IMG/VR virus record: IMGVR_UViG_3300035696_000004
Location: 64,001-128,000 of that record
From: a virus
Taxonomy: Duplodnaviria; Caudoviricetes
Length of the DNA: 64,000 nucleotides
Direction: 5' to 3' (one strand)
This document shows, one piece after another, positions 25,705 through 34,458 of the stretch. Each line of letters begins with the position of its first letter. The first letter of the stretch is position 1. Position numbers and translations under genes: made by a program. The notes beneath the pieces are model-generated. The model ran no database searches. It was given only the letters and a program-made list of their open reading frames with translations, and was not told the DNA's origin.

Positions 25705-27366
25705 TTATTCGAAGCGATCCAGTCGATACGACGTCCAGCCCAGATCTGTCTTCACTTCGAGGAGGACGTTGGGGTCAAAGCTCAGGAACCACCCCAGCGC
25801 CATCTGACCGCCGACGTCTCGGCCAGCGGCCTGATGAGTCGACGAATAGGCTTCGATCGTGGCACGGACCCCGTGCAGTTCCGAACGAAGAATCTCCGGG
25901 AAGAGACACGAAGCTATCTGGATATGTTCTTTCGGCACAGCGCCTTCGAGGACGAACAGGTGGCTTTCCTTGAAATTGTGCTTCGTTTCCGGATCTTTCC
26001 AGGTCGGAACCGACGGCAACACGGCCAGTACTTCAACCGTGCGATTCAGCGAGTAATCGGTAAACACCGGATGCGTCACATGGACGTACCAGTTGAACGG
26101 ATTCCGGGCCTTGTCCGTTTCGTAGCTGAACAACCGGCCAGCAGCCGGATCGACCCCGGTCAAAATACCGCCCAGGTTCGTACGCGGTACGTTAAAGTGC
26201 AACCGGATTCGTTGTGCCGTCGGGAGGATGGTCCTGGCGAACACGTCGAAGGTTTTGACGCCGCCATAGACTTCGCTGACTTCGTTCTCGGCTTTCGGTT
26301 TTTGATCGTCCCCTTTTCGAGCGATATCCCCGAAGATGCCGCCTTTCGATTCCTTGGCGGGTTCGGGAGTTGTGCTCCAGAGAGGCGTCGTAAACGCCAG
26401 GACTTCATCGAGCGTTGCGAAACGACGTTGCAGTGCCGTCTCCAGACCCAGTTCAGCGATGAGCTTTTCAGCTTGCTGGACGTTCCCTTCCGTCGGCGCG
26501 GCAGTCGGCCGTTGATAGACCCACGGCGCGACGATCTTGTTGTGGAAACGAATGATCTGGTCGGTCGACATCCCGCTCTGGATATTCTCGAGCAGAGTAC
26601 CGACAGTGCTATCTCGGAACTCGCACCAGCCGTTCGGAGCGATGGTTGCTTCTTTGAAGAGCAGGTTCGACAGATGAAGTTTGTTCTTCACCGTGTCTTT
26701 CATCGTGCTGACCTTATAGAGCCATTTAACCCAGGGGATGAACTTTTCGCCGCTTTGAATCTCTGCGGATTGCAGGATCAGGAGCGCTTTTTTGAAGAGT
26801 TCGGTCCGTGCTTCGCCGAGCTTGAACAGTCCGCTGACGAGGACGCGATGGCGTTCGCGATACGCTGCTCGGCAGGTGCGATTCGTTTGACGGGTGCTCG
26901 AGAAGGACCTGGTGATTTCTTCCGGAACATAGAGGTGGTTGAAGCCACCGCTTTCATGAGCACCCCATTCACCGCCAGTGGCGCTATTGCCGGGGTAGTA
27001 GAACGTCGTGTCCACGACACCGGCACTTTCAACACTGTGTTTGAGTGTTGCCAGCGCATCTTCGAAACCGGCCGGGGCATCTTCGGGATCCCAGAGTGCC
27101 GACTTCAGGGAACCGTCTTCGAGAATGTATACGGCGTTGCCGTACATGGAAATGAACCGGCGGCAGGTCGAGCAGTTGTGTTCTTGGCGGTACGCTTCTT
27201 CAAAACTTTCGAGGAAAGCCGAAGAGAGGTGCTTGATCTTGACCGTGAACAGATCACGACCGTGGAGCTCGATGTTCTTTTCGAGAGTGGCTCGCACATG
27301 GGCGGCCAGTTCCTGATACGAGGCCCGGATCGAATCATTTTTGGATTCAGCTTGGAGAGCTTGCAT
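25705..27366 (-). CDS. Conserved large phage protein with HNCxxC motif
   Basis: 553 aa; RQEHNCSTCRRF..GGFNHL..YQRPTAAP..ALQRRFA. Confidence 0.8.
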   Translation of the reverse strand: MQALQAESKNDSIRASYQELAAHVRATLEKNIELHGRDLFTVKIKHLSSAFLESFEEAYRQEHNCSTCRRFISMYGNAVYILEDGSLKSALWDPEDAPAGFEDALATLKHSVESAGVVDTTFYYPGNSATGGEWGAHESGGFNHLYVPEEITRSFSSTRQTNRTCRAAYRERHRVLVSGLFKLGEARTELFKKALLILQSAEIQSGEKFIPWVKWLYKVSTMKDTVKNKLHLSNLLFKEATIAPNGWCEFRDSTVGTLLENIQSGMSTDQIIRFHNKIVAPWVYQRPTAAPTEGNVQQAEKLIAELGLETALQRRFATLDEVLAFTTPLWSTTPEPAKESKGGIFGDIARKGDDQKPKAENEVSEVYGGVKTFDVFARTILPTAQRIRLHFNVPRTNLGGILTGVDPAAGRLFSYETDKARNPFNWYVHVTHPVFTDYSLNRTVEVLAVLPSVPTWKDPETKHNFKESHLFVLEGAVPKEHIQIASCLFPEILRSELHGVRATIEAYSSTHQAAGRDVGGQMALGWFLSFDPNVLLEVKTDLGWTSYRLDRFE

Positions 27367-27436
27367 TCTTTTCTTCCCTTGTTTAGTTGGTGGAGCAAAC
27401 TATTTGTTAGCACAATAAAAAATCAACGGCATAACC

Positions 27437-27473
27437 CCCTACAGACCTGGAGAGGAATCCAAGGTCTGTAGGG
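27437..27473 (-). terminator. Hairpin overlapping early promoter
   Basis: 12-bp stem followed by TTATGCCG and T-tract on minus strand. Confidence 0.7.
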
Positions 27474-27497
27474 TAATATATGCTTGAAAATTGTTTA
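27473..27497 (-). promoter_or_regulatory. Early promoter
   Basis: TAAACAATTTTCA-AGCA-TATATTAC. Confidence 0.6.
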
Positions 27498-27501
27498 AAT
27501 C

Positions 27502-28908
27502 TCAACAATTATTGCTGTTGTGGGTGAGGGTGCCATTGGCAAAGAACGTACTGATCGAATCCAATTCGAGCGTATACGTCTTGATCGTACCCGGAACCTT
27601 TACGATCTCAACAACAATGTCATCACTGTTCTCAAACATCTTGAGATGCGACCCAATTGTCAATGTCGCCGAGACGAGGTTGTCGTACGGTTCAGCCGAT
27701 GCCAAAGGATCGATAGACTTCCAGACACCGTCCTTAGGATCAAAGAACGGGTGGTCGTCTGTTGCACCAATTACAGTTCCTCGATCGCTCGTGATCAAGT
27801 AGTGGCAATCGCGTTCGACTTCGATCCTGCGTTTGACACGTGTGGTGACGTACTGCATCTTCACCAGATCAAACGATGTGACGGCGTAGCCATGGACCAT
27901 GACTTCAACAGGCGTATCGCCGAATGGTGTCTTGATCAACGTCCCCGAGATCAAGCAGCAATGACCGGTACTCGATCCAGATGATGTCGGGACAGGATAC
28001 ACAATCGGAGCAGCGCCTGATGCCGAATACGCACCTGCGGTAGAACCATAGATCGTACCGACATTACCCCATGTGATCGTGTGGCCATTAGGAACGATCG
28101 CTGGTGCACCATAGCCACCGGCTCGACCCTCACCATAATACGGTGTCGAACCACCCCAACCGCCAGGTGCACCCCAACCACCGCCGCCGCCACCGCCTGC
28201 GCCACCGCCGTACACCTTACCGCTCGAGTTACTGGTTCCATCGCTACCTGCGGAACCATTTGCTCCAGCAACACCGCCCGAGTAACCACCGTGCTCAGCG
28301 ACACCACCGACACCACCACTGCCGGAACTCCCCCAACCGCCTATGTAGCGGAAGTCGCCATCCCATACGACCTCACCAGGCGGTGGGTTGTTGAACCCTT
28401 GACCGCCACCACCAGGACCTCCGGAGCCGCCGCTGTCGTAGGATTGCTGACCACCACCGCCGCCACCGCCACCGCCAGCAAAGTAGCCGTAGTTGTAGAT
28501 TGTGATGTCAGATCCCAAGCTAATAGCCGGCCCCCCATTTTGACCTACTGAGAGATCATTACGGTTATCTTGACCATCACCACCGTAGCCACCCGCTCCG
28601 GTTACTCCACCATAGTTGTAAAGCGTCAGCCCGTATGGATACGAACCCGCAAAATCGAGACCGGGTACATTGACATTATCGGAATAGATAATGACACCGG
28701 CGTTCACGGTAACAATCAGCTGTTGGCTACCATTCCATCCTGCTTGCAAGGCGTAACTGTGCAGAGCGAGTTTATTTTGGTTGCTCGCAATCGTCAGATA
28801 AAACTTGTTTTGGTACACCAATCGTGAATCGAGGTATGCTGTCTGGACGGTCTTGTTATCCAAAACCCAGCCAGCAACCAATTTCCCATCTACTCTGGTA
28901 GTTGGCAT
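27502..28908 (-). CDS. T-even gp38-like glycine-rich adhesin with C-terminal Hint/mini-intein
   Basis: AGWNG..TVNAGVIIYS..NGGPAISL..poly-Gly loops; then C/CLISGT..TDDHPFF..FANGTLTHN/SNNC; AGGAGG RBS before MPTT. Confidence 0.8.
   Translation of the reverse strand: MPTTRVDGKLVAGWVLDNKTVQTAYLDSRLVYQNKFYLTIASNQNKLALHSYALQAGWNGSQQLIVTVNAGVIIYSDNVNVPGLDFAGSYPYGLTLYNYGGVTGAGGYGGDGQDNRNDLSVGQNGGPAISLGSDITIYNYGYFAGGGGGGGGGQQSYDSGGSGGPGGGGQGFNNPPPGEVVWDGDFRYIGGWGSSGSGGVGGVAEHGGYSGGVAGANGSAGSDGTSNSSGKVYGGGAGGGGGGGWGAPGGWGGSTPYYGEGRAGGYGAPAIVPNGHTITWGNVGTIYGSTAGAYSASGAAPIVYPVPTSSGSSTGHCCLISGTLIKTPFGDTPVEVMVHGYAVTSFDLVKMQYVTTRVKRRIEVERDCHYLITSDRGTVIGATDDHPFFDPKDGVWKSIDPLASAEPYDNLVSATLTIGSHLKMFENSDDIVVEIVKVPGTIKTYTLELDSISTFFANGTLTHNSNNC
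27517..27957 (-). other. Hint domain / mini-intein (147 aa)
   Basis: Cys1, block B TxxH, terminal His-Asn, +1 Ser. Confidence 0.85.
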
Positions 28909-28958
28909 CGCGCACATCCTCCTGATACCAAAAAAAAAAGAATGATCCAAAAAGGATC

Positions 28959-28978
28959 GGGGAGCCCGTAGGCTCCCC
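28959..28978 (-). terminator. Terminator
   Basis: ggggagcc-cgta-ggctcccc, T-rich downstream on minus strand. Confidence 0.7.
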
Positions 28979-28996
28979 TCAAAAGATTACTCTTTT

Positions 28997-30370
28997 TTAT
29001 CGAAGGATAGAAGCACTGTATCGGAGAATCGCATCAACCGATTTTCTTCCGTGGGTCGTCAGGCTATATCCACCCGAAACTGAATAGAGAATACCGAGCG
29101 CCACGAAGGCTGCTTGAGCACTCCTCACCGCAGGAGAATCGTACTTGTAAGCCGGAAAAGGCGTATGGTAATAGTGCATCAGCAGTTGCATTTCCAAGGG
29201 GGTAAGAACATTCTCGGTACGATCGAGCAGACCCGGATCGTCCGGAGGGCACTTGCCCGTGTAGCCCTTTGGCAGTTTTGGCCAGCTGAACATGGGTTGC
29301 GCCTTATTTTCGGGATGTTTACTGAGGGACACCGGAGCGCGAGAGTGTTGGCCGCGAGCGGTGTGAAGTTTTTCAAGAGCTGCTCGCATATGAGCGCTGT
29401 TGTCCCGAGGGATCTGATCCTCCAGACCCATGCTTCCGAGAACCGCCATGTAATCAGTGAATGCTTTGTTGTCCCCCGAGCGCCCTTGGTTAATTTTTTC
29501 ACCGAAGCTGACGAGTTCTTTCCATTTGAGTGGGATGTGCTCATGAAGACTATCCACATCCGAAGGCAGGCCGTTTCTGATACTTCGAAGACCCTCGAGA
29601 AAGTTTGCATGGATGTGGTCGTTACCAGTATAAAACTCGCTGTCGCCGTTTTCGAAGGAGGAAATCACAAAGAGATGCCATAATTCAGTTATCCAAACTG
29701 GACCACGTCCACTGAGCAGCCAGCATGTAAATAAAAAGCGATCTGGGACAGCAAAACGCACAGCGTTGGACTGTCCTGCATTGGAATAGACAACGCGTAC
29801 GTTCTTTTCCTGAAATCCTGCAAAGGTGATCAGAAAAGATTTGAATCCGGCAGCTATCTGCGCTTTCCCGATATCAATAAACCCAGGGTTTAGAGCGAGA
29901 TGAATTTCCGGTTCATCTTTCAGACCGATTTCGACAGCCACGACTTTCAGGAGCTGGAGAAGCAGAGCAACCCGCTCGTAGATCTTACCTGCTTCGGGCG
30001 AAACAGGTTGCACCCAATATTCCGGCAAGAAGAAATTCTCTAGTGGTATATCCGTCCTTGCCCGGAGCCTGCTCAAGCATACTGCCAGATCTTCGGCAGG
30101 CAGACCTTGAATTACTTCGCAGATCATTTTAACAGCGGGTGTGTTGATGAAACGATGGTCTATTAGTCCCTGATGGGAATCGTTATTAAGATCCCGATAC
30201 CATAGGCGGCACTGGCCGATATTTGGCCAGGTCGCTGCCCTGGGGTGTTCCCGGACGGGCATCCCGTAAAATTCAATCAAAATTCGAATGAGCATGGCTT
30301 GCTGCACGAAGGCCTCGTTACTGTTGTTAGAAGTTCCAACCGTGTACACCCTATTTTCAGTTTGGGTCAT
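28997..30370 (-). CDS. Hypothetical protein
   Basis: 457-aa ORF; C-terminal wHTH-like segment (YSLTTHGR). Confidence 0.7.
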   Translation of the reverse strand: MTQTENRVYTVGTSNNSNEAFVQQAMLIRILIEFYGMPVREHPRAATWPNIGQCRLWYRDLNNDSHQGLIDHRFINTPAVKMICEVIQGLPAEDLAVCLSRLRARTDIPLENFFLPEYWVQPVSPEAGKIYERVALLLQLLKVVAVEIGLKDEPEIHLALNPGFIDIGKAQIAAGFKSFLITFAGFQEKNVRVVYSNAGQSNAVRFAVPDRFLFTCWLLSGRGPVWITELWHLFVISSFENGDSEFYTGNDHIHANFLEGLRSIRNGLPSDVDSLHEHIPLKWKELVSFGEKINQGRSGDNKAFTDYMAVLGSMGLEDQIPRDNSAHMRAALEKLHTARGQHSRAPVSLSKHPENKAQPMFSWPKLPKGYTGKCPPDDPGLLDRTENVLTPLEMQLLMHYYHTPFPAYKYDSPAVRSAQAAFVALGILYSVSGGYSLTTHGRKSVDAILRYSASILR

Positions 30371-30382
30371 TTCAGTTTCCTT

Positions 30383-31213
30383 TTAGTAATCGTTGACGGG
30401 ATCCGGATACCCGCACTGGACCAAATGGTCGGTGGGTATCTTTAGTTTTGTCGAATGATCCTTTTCTTTTTTGCGGATCGTGCGGTAACGTTTCATGAGT
30501 AACGGAAGTTGGCTTTTCTTCTGCTTTCTGAGAATCGCCTCTTGGAGGGCCATTTCGTGATCAACACACGAGGTGCAGAGACCACAAGGAAGAATAGGAA
30601 TGGAGTCGTCTTTCTCCAGTTTCTCGACGGCTTCATGGGTGAATTCAACTCCCACGCCATTTTCATCGACAGGTAATTCACATACCCAAACCAGATCAAG
30701 AAGTTCCAACGGGAGTTCATCGATCAACCGGAACTTGTCCCAAAGCGCCAGTGGAGTCGCAAGAGGAACCGGATCTCCTATTTTCGTAAAGTATTGGAGA
30801 TGTTTCCAGGCCTCCTCCATCGAGTGTTGATAGAGATTGATTCCGTCCCCGGCCACCGTCCCGATTTCAAGACGTGAATGTCGATTGCCATTAATCATCA
30901 TCAGGGCACCAAACATCCAGTGGTTCATCTGGCTAAATTTAGTATTGACCCCGATGTAGTCCTGACCGATGGACAGGTTGTTCATTTTGCGAATGTGTCT
31001 CTCTTTTGAATGGTCAGCAAACCACCTGGTGATTTTACGAATCGCCCTCTGCTCGGCGACTCTTTTTGCACCGTGTTGATATCCGTCAACGTAGAGGATA
31101 TCAACATCAGTATCGTCAGACCCCATGAGATTTCGGTAAAGCAATGTTGTTGAGTCCAGACCGCCACTCATGAGGACGAGTGGGATCTTCTCATTATTAT
31201 CGGTATCAGACAT
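30383..31213 (-). CDS. QueC-like PP-loop ATPase (7-cyano-7-deazaguanine synthase family)
   Basis: LMSGGLDSTT PP-loop; WVC...PCGLCTSC zinc site. Confidence 0.75.
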   Translation of the reverse strand: MSDTDNNEKIPLVLMSGGLDSTTLLYRNLMGSDDTDVDILYVDGYQHGAKRVAEQRAIRKITRWFADHSKERHIRKMNNLSIGQDYIGVNTKFSQMNHWMFGALMMINGNRHSRLEIGTVAGDGINLYQHSMEEAWKHLQYFTKIGDPVPLATPLALWDKFRLIDELPLELLDLVWVCELPVDENGVGVEFTHEAVEKLEKDDSIPILPCGLCTSCVDHEMALQEAILRKQKKSQLPLLMKRYRTIRKKEKDHSTKLKIPTDHLVQCGYPDPVNDY

Positions 31214-31245
31214 TCGAAAATCCTTTATAGATGAGATGAGCTTTT

Positions 31246-31734
31246 TTAATCGACTTCGAGCGAAAATGTCAGCTTGAGACTTTCCAGCTTGTCATTGACG
31301 GGGTAAGTATGGTTCCCCGAATAGCCAACGAAGACCGGGTCTTTCGATTCAGCGTCGTCGTCTACTTCGTACACAACGAACTCTGCGATCACCGGCGTGG
31401 TACCCGTACCGAACGCTGCCACGTAAGAACGCCTGTAGCATTCGAGTTCTTCCTTGTTAAGGGTGAGGAGGACGTCACCGGACTCGAGCATTTCGAGATA
31501 CTTCTCATCGTACTCGACGACTTCGTTGAGTTTTTCATCATCCCATGTCTTGGATACCCGATAGTCCTCGATCTTCAAGGTAGCGGGTGTGTCAATCGAA
31601 TAGAAACGGCCCAACGGAACCGGGCGCGCAAGTTGGGTTCGATGAAGTGATCGAAAAGTTTCCAGTATGAAATCATACGGATGCTGAATGAGTTCGAGAC
31701 CCGTACCCACTTTTACAAAATAACGTTTTGTCAT
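31246..31734 (-). CDS. Hypothetical protein
   Basis: 162-aa ORF, AAGGAG RBS. Confidence 0.65.
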   Translation of the reverse strand: MTKRYFVKVGTGLELIQHPYDFILETFRSLHRTQLARPVPLGRFYSIDTPATLKIEDYRVSKTWDDEKLNEVVEYDEKYLEMLESGDVLLTLNKEELECYRRSYVAAFGTGTTPVIAEFVVYEVDDDAESKDPVFVGYSGNHTYPVNDKLESLKLTFSLEVD

Positions 31735-31759
31735 GTCAACTCCTTAAATGAGGGAATAG

Positions 31760-31788
31760 CCCCTGTACCGGCTAAGCCGGTACAGGGG
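31760..31788 (-). terminator. Stem-loop
   Basis: cccctgtaccggc-taa-gccggtacagggg. Confidence 0.7.
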
Positions 31789-31796
31789 TGTGGACT

Positions 31797-32252
31797 TTAT
31801 GATTTGTCAACTTCCACCACTCGCACAGCGGGTCGCCACATCCAATCGGATCCGGATGAAGGACGTGCCTTCCGAAAATTCTTACGATTGAATTTACGGA
31901 ACGGCTGGGATGGTACACGACCTGGAAGAATGTTGCATCCCAAAGGGATGTTCCGGACGCTCCGAACAGCCAGTATCCTTTTGTGAGGGCGTCCCCAAAA
32001 GTTCTTCATCTGCATCTGGCGAAACTGAAGATTCTTTTGTGACCATGAAACGTATTCCGTTTGCAGCCAGTCCCATTCATCAGAACCTTTAGCAGTTCGA
32101 AATACCATAGGCGTTCGAGAAATCGTCAGCTTTGTTCGATACGTCGGCGGTTTGAAACCCGGCCACATGGTCACGTATGGGACAAATGGTGTTTTTAGAA
32201 GCGGCCCGCAAAGGGGTTGTACGACGAGCTCCTTCATGGCATGATTAGCCAT
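31797..32252 (-). CDS. Basic hypothetical protein
   Basis: 151 aa, Arg/Lys rich; possible paralog of next ORF. Confidence 0.55.
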   Translation of the reverse strand: MANHAMKELVVQPLCGPLLKTPFVPYVTMWPGFKPPTYRTKLTISRTPMVFRTAKGSDEWDWLQTEYVSWSQKNLQFRQMQMKNFWGRPHKRILAVRSVRNIPLGCNILPGRVPSQPFRKFNRKNFRKARPSSGSDWMWRPAVRVVEVDKS

Positions 32253-32666
32253 TTACTTCTCCATGACGTAATTTGGAGGACAGAACCGTATCCGGCGCGG
32301 CACAATGGATTCGCGGTGTTTGAGCCGGGGACGCTTTTTGCAGGGTAGGCCCAACGAATCCGACCTCAGCGGCAGACGAGCTCTCTGCATATTCCACACG
32401 CCTTCGACGCTCAGAACTTTCTTCCGGGGAGTTCGTGAGTGCTTTACAAAACGCAGCCAACCCCGAAAGAGCGATCTCCATGCATCTTCTTTCTCGATTT
32501 CAGACAACCAATCCTCGACAGGCTTTTGAGCCGTCTTGAAGAAAATCGATTGGTCACGAACGCGTAGTGCGATTCGTTTCGACGTGTAGATCCGCAAAAA
32601 CTGCTGATCCGGGCGACCCCAGTTGTACAGATAGAATCGTTCTATTACAACGGATTCATCGGACAT
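32253..32666 (-). CDS. Basic hypothetical protein
   Basis: Start at MSDESV with GGGG RBS. Confidence 0.55.
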   Translation of the reverse strand: MSDESVVIERFYLYNWGRPDQQFLRIYTSKRIALRVRDQSIFFKTAQKPVEDWLSEIEKEDAWRSLFRGWLRFVKHSRTPRKKVLSVEGVWNMQRARLPLRSDSLGLPCKKRPRLKHRESIVPRRIRFCPPNYVMEK

Positions 32667-32668
32667 TT

Positions 32669-33091
32669 CTAGACCCCCGGTTTTACCATTCGCGCTTCCC
32701 ACACTGCCATCATTGCTTTCAATTGCTGTGGGACGTCGAGAGCCCATTGAGTTTTCTTGGCTTCCTGATAGGCGATCAGGACTTCTGCCGCGGCGTTATT
32801 CCAACGAATCTTGTCGTTGTTAAACGCGCTCATTAGGCAGTCGATTTTGAGATCGAGCGCCATCAGCGCTTCTTGTGGCGTAGCTGCCTTCGCCGCCGGA
32901 TAGAGTCCCGACAAGAAGAAAGCATCCATGCTCAGCGCGCGATCATCACCAGCTGTGTAGTCGTCTACGATCTCGCCGGCACTCTCTTCAGGGCTAAAGA
33001 GAGCGATGTACCCCGAACCGTAACGTTCTTTGAAAACCGTCAGAATTGCGCACATTTCCACGGCAGCAGAAAATTTGTTGATGTTGTTCAT
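32669..33091 (-). CDS. Hypothetical protein
   Basis: 140-aa ORF, GAGGAG RBS. Confidence 0.65.
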   Translation of the reverse strand: MNNINKFSAAVEMCAILTVFKERYGSGYIALFSPEESAGEIVDDYTAGDDRALSMDAFFLSGLYPAAKAATPQEALMALDLKIDCLMSAFNNDKIRWNNAAAEVLIAYQEAKKTQWALDVPQQLKAMMAVWEARMVKPGV

Positions 33092-33112
33092 TCTTACTCC
33101 TCAATTCGATGA

Positions 33113-34423
33113 TTAAATGATGCGTTCTATCGATTCGATCTGCTCGCGTAAAACAAAGATAGCCGGGAAGGTCATCTCGAAACACGGCTCAAACCACATA
33201 CGGCCGACCTTCTCATTTGTTCCCTTGTACTTATAGACCCCCTCGGTGGCAGTAGGGCGTCCGGTCTTGACGAACGTCAACTTGTAGCGAGCGTCGACTT
33301 GGAGTTCGTCTTTCAGATTCTCTTCGCTAGGGTTCTGCATTTGGTATTCCTCGATGCCTTGTTGGAGAACTTTTTGGAGAGCTTTTTCGTTGTTTCTGAT
33401 CATCTCGGCTAGTAAATTTTCTCCCGCAAGAAAAGTTTTAACAGGATCCACAACGATTTTTGCCGACCACATGGATCCTACCGCCTCTGCTTTGACGATC
33501 TCTTTATAATCAATGACGATTATCGTTGCATCGGTCTCGCGACAGAAAATAAGCGCATCGCTATTTCCGCCTCGATAGGTATACTCGCCATCTTTGGTCG
33601 AATCCTTGAATTTCAGATCATACTTTTGACAAGGGACGTACAAGTACGGCGGTTTAGTGTCTCCATCATTCGGCGGTGTATCGATGACGTTCTGGATCCT
33701 GATCGTCACGGGAGGACTCCAACCCTGTACAACCTCTTCGGGAGTAAGTCCTTTGGGATCTGGGGTCACCGACACAAATTGGTCGATCCCCACGACCGCT
33801 TCGCCTTCGACTTCTTTTTCATCAGCTTCGCGAAGTGTCGAGAAGAGCTCTTTCCAGCACTCTTCATCATCGTTTAGACCGAGACCGTACCTGTCGCGAG
33901 GGAAGCGTTCGCTATCTTCAGGGGCGATGATTGTTTCTTGATGCTGGAAGATGCCGTGCGGGTCGGCGTCGTCATCAAGTTTGATCGGAACTCTGAGATA
34001 GTTGACCGGGCACGTCCCTTCGTCGATATAGTAGTAGGAACCCCAGCGAGGATGCGACTCCTCGACATCAAAGGTGTCTCCGACGGCGACAGTAGCGTTG
34101 CCTTTCACGACGATATGAACCGTCTGACCGTTGTCAAGGGGTCGGAAAAGACGCAACAGATGCCAGAGCTCGATCCTGTTGGATATGTGGCACGTCTTGA
34201 CCGTATGGTCCGTTTGCACCTGGATAATGAATCCTGCGCCGCAAGAAGCACAAAACCGAGGGGCGACCTCATACGGCTTCTTGCTTTTATCGACATTCTC
34301 CAGAAGGTGGTCAAAACTGCCGGGTCCTTTACTGCCCTCAGCCTGACAAATAGGGCAGGTGATGTAATGGTGCTCCGTCTTCACCACGGAAACAGCCGTT
34401 TCTTTATACTCGCGATTTTTCAT
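33113..34423 (-). CDS. Zinc-ribbon-containing hypothetical protein
   Basis: CPIC...CASC near N-terminus; 436 aa. Confidence 0.7.
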   Translation of the reverse strand: MKNREYKETAVSVVKTEHHYITCPICQAEGSKGPGSFDHLLENVDKSKKPYEVAPRFCASCGAGFIIQVQTDHTVKTCHISNRIELWHLLRLFRPLDNGQTVHIVVKGNATVAVGDTFDVEESHPRWGSYYYIDEGTCPVNYLRVPIKLDDDADPHGIFQHQETIIAPEDSERFPRDRYGLGLNDDEECWKELFSTLREADEKEVEGEAVVGIDQFVSVTPDPKGLTPEEVVQGWSPPVTIRIQNVIDTPPNDGDTKPPYLYVPCQKYDLKFKDSTKDGEYTYRGGNSDALIFCRETDATIIVIDYKEIVKAEAVGSMWSAKIVVDPVKTFLAGENLLAEMIRNNEKALQKVLQQGIEEYQMQNPSEENLKDELQVDARYKLTFVKTGRPTATEGVYKYKGTNEKVGRMWFEPCFEMTFPAIFVLREQIESIERII

Positions 34424-34458
34424 GCGTCGTTTTCCTTTATCGGACTATCCGGGGGCGG

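Noticed and set aside
25811-25835. CTGATGAG on the plus strand, and similar cores near 14177, 18837 and 19745
   Set aside because: No stem II followed by GAAA and no closing stems; most lie in or antisense to coding regions
25702-27471. Long plus-strand ORFs (589 aa here; also 17053..18021, 23872..24765, 49376..50683)
   Set aside because: Antisense shadows of codon-biased minus-strand genes, with no RBS or recognisable motifs
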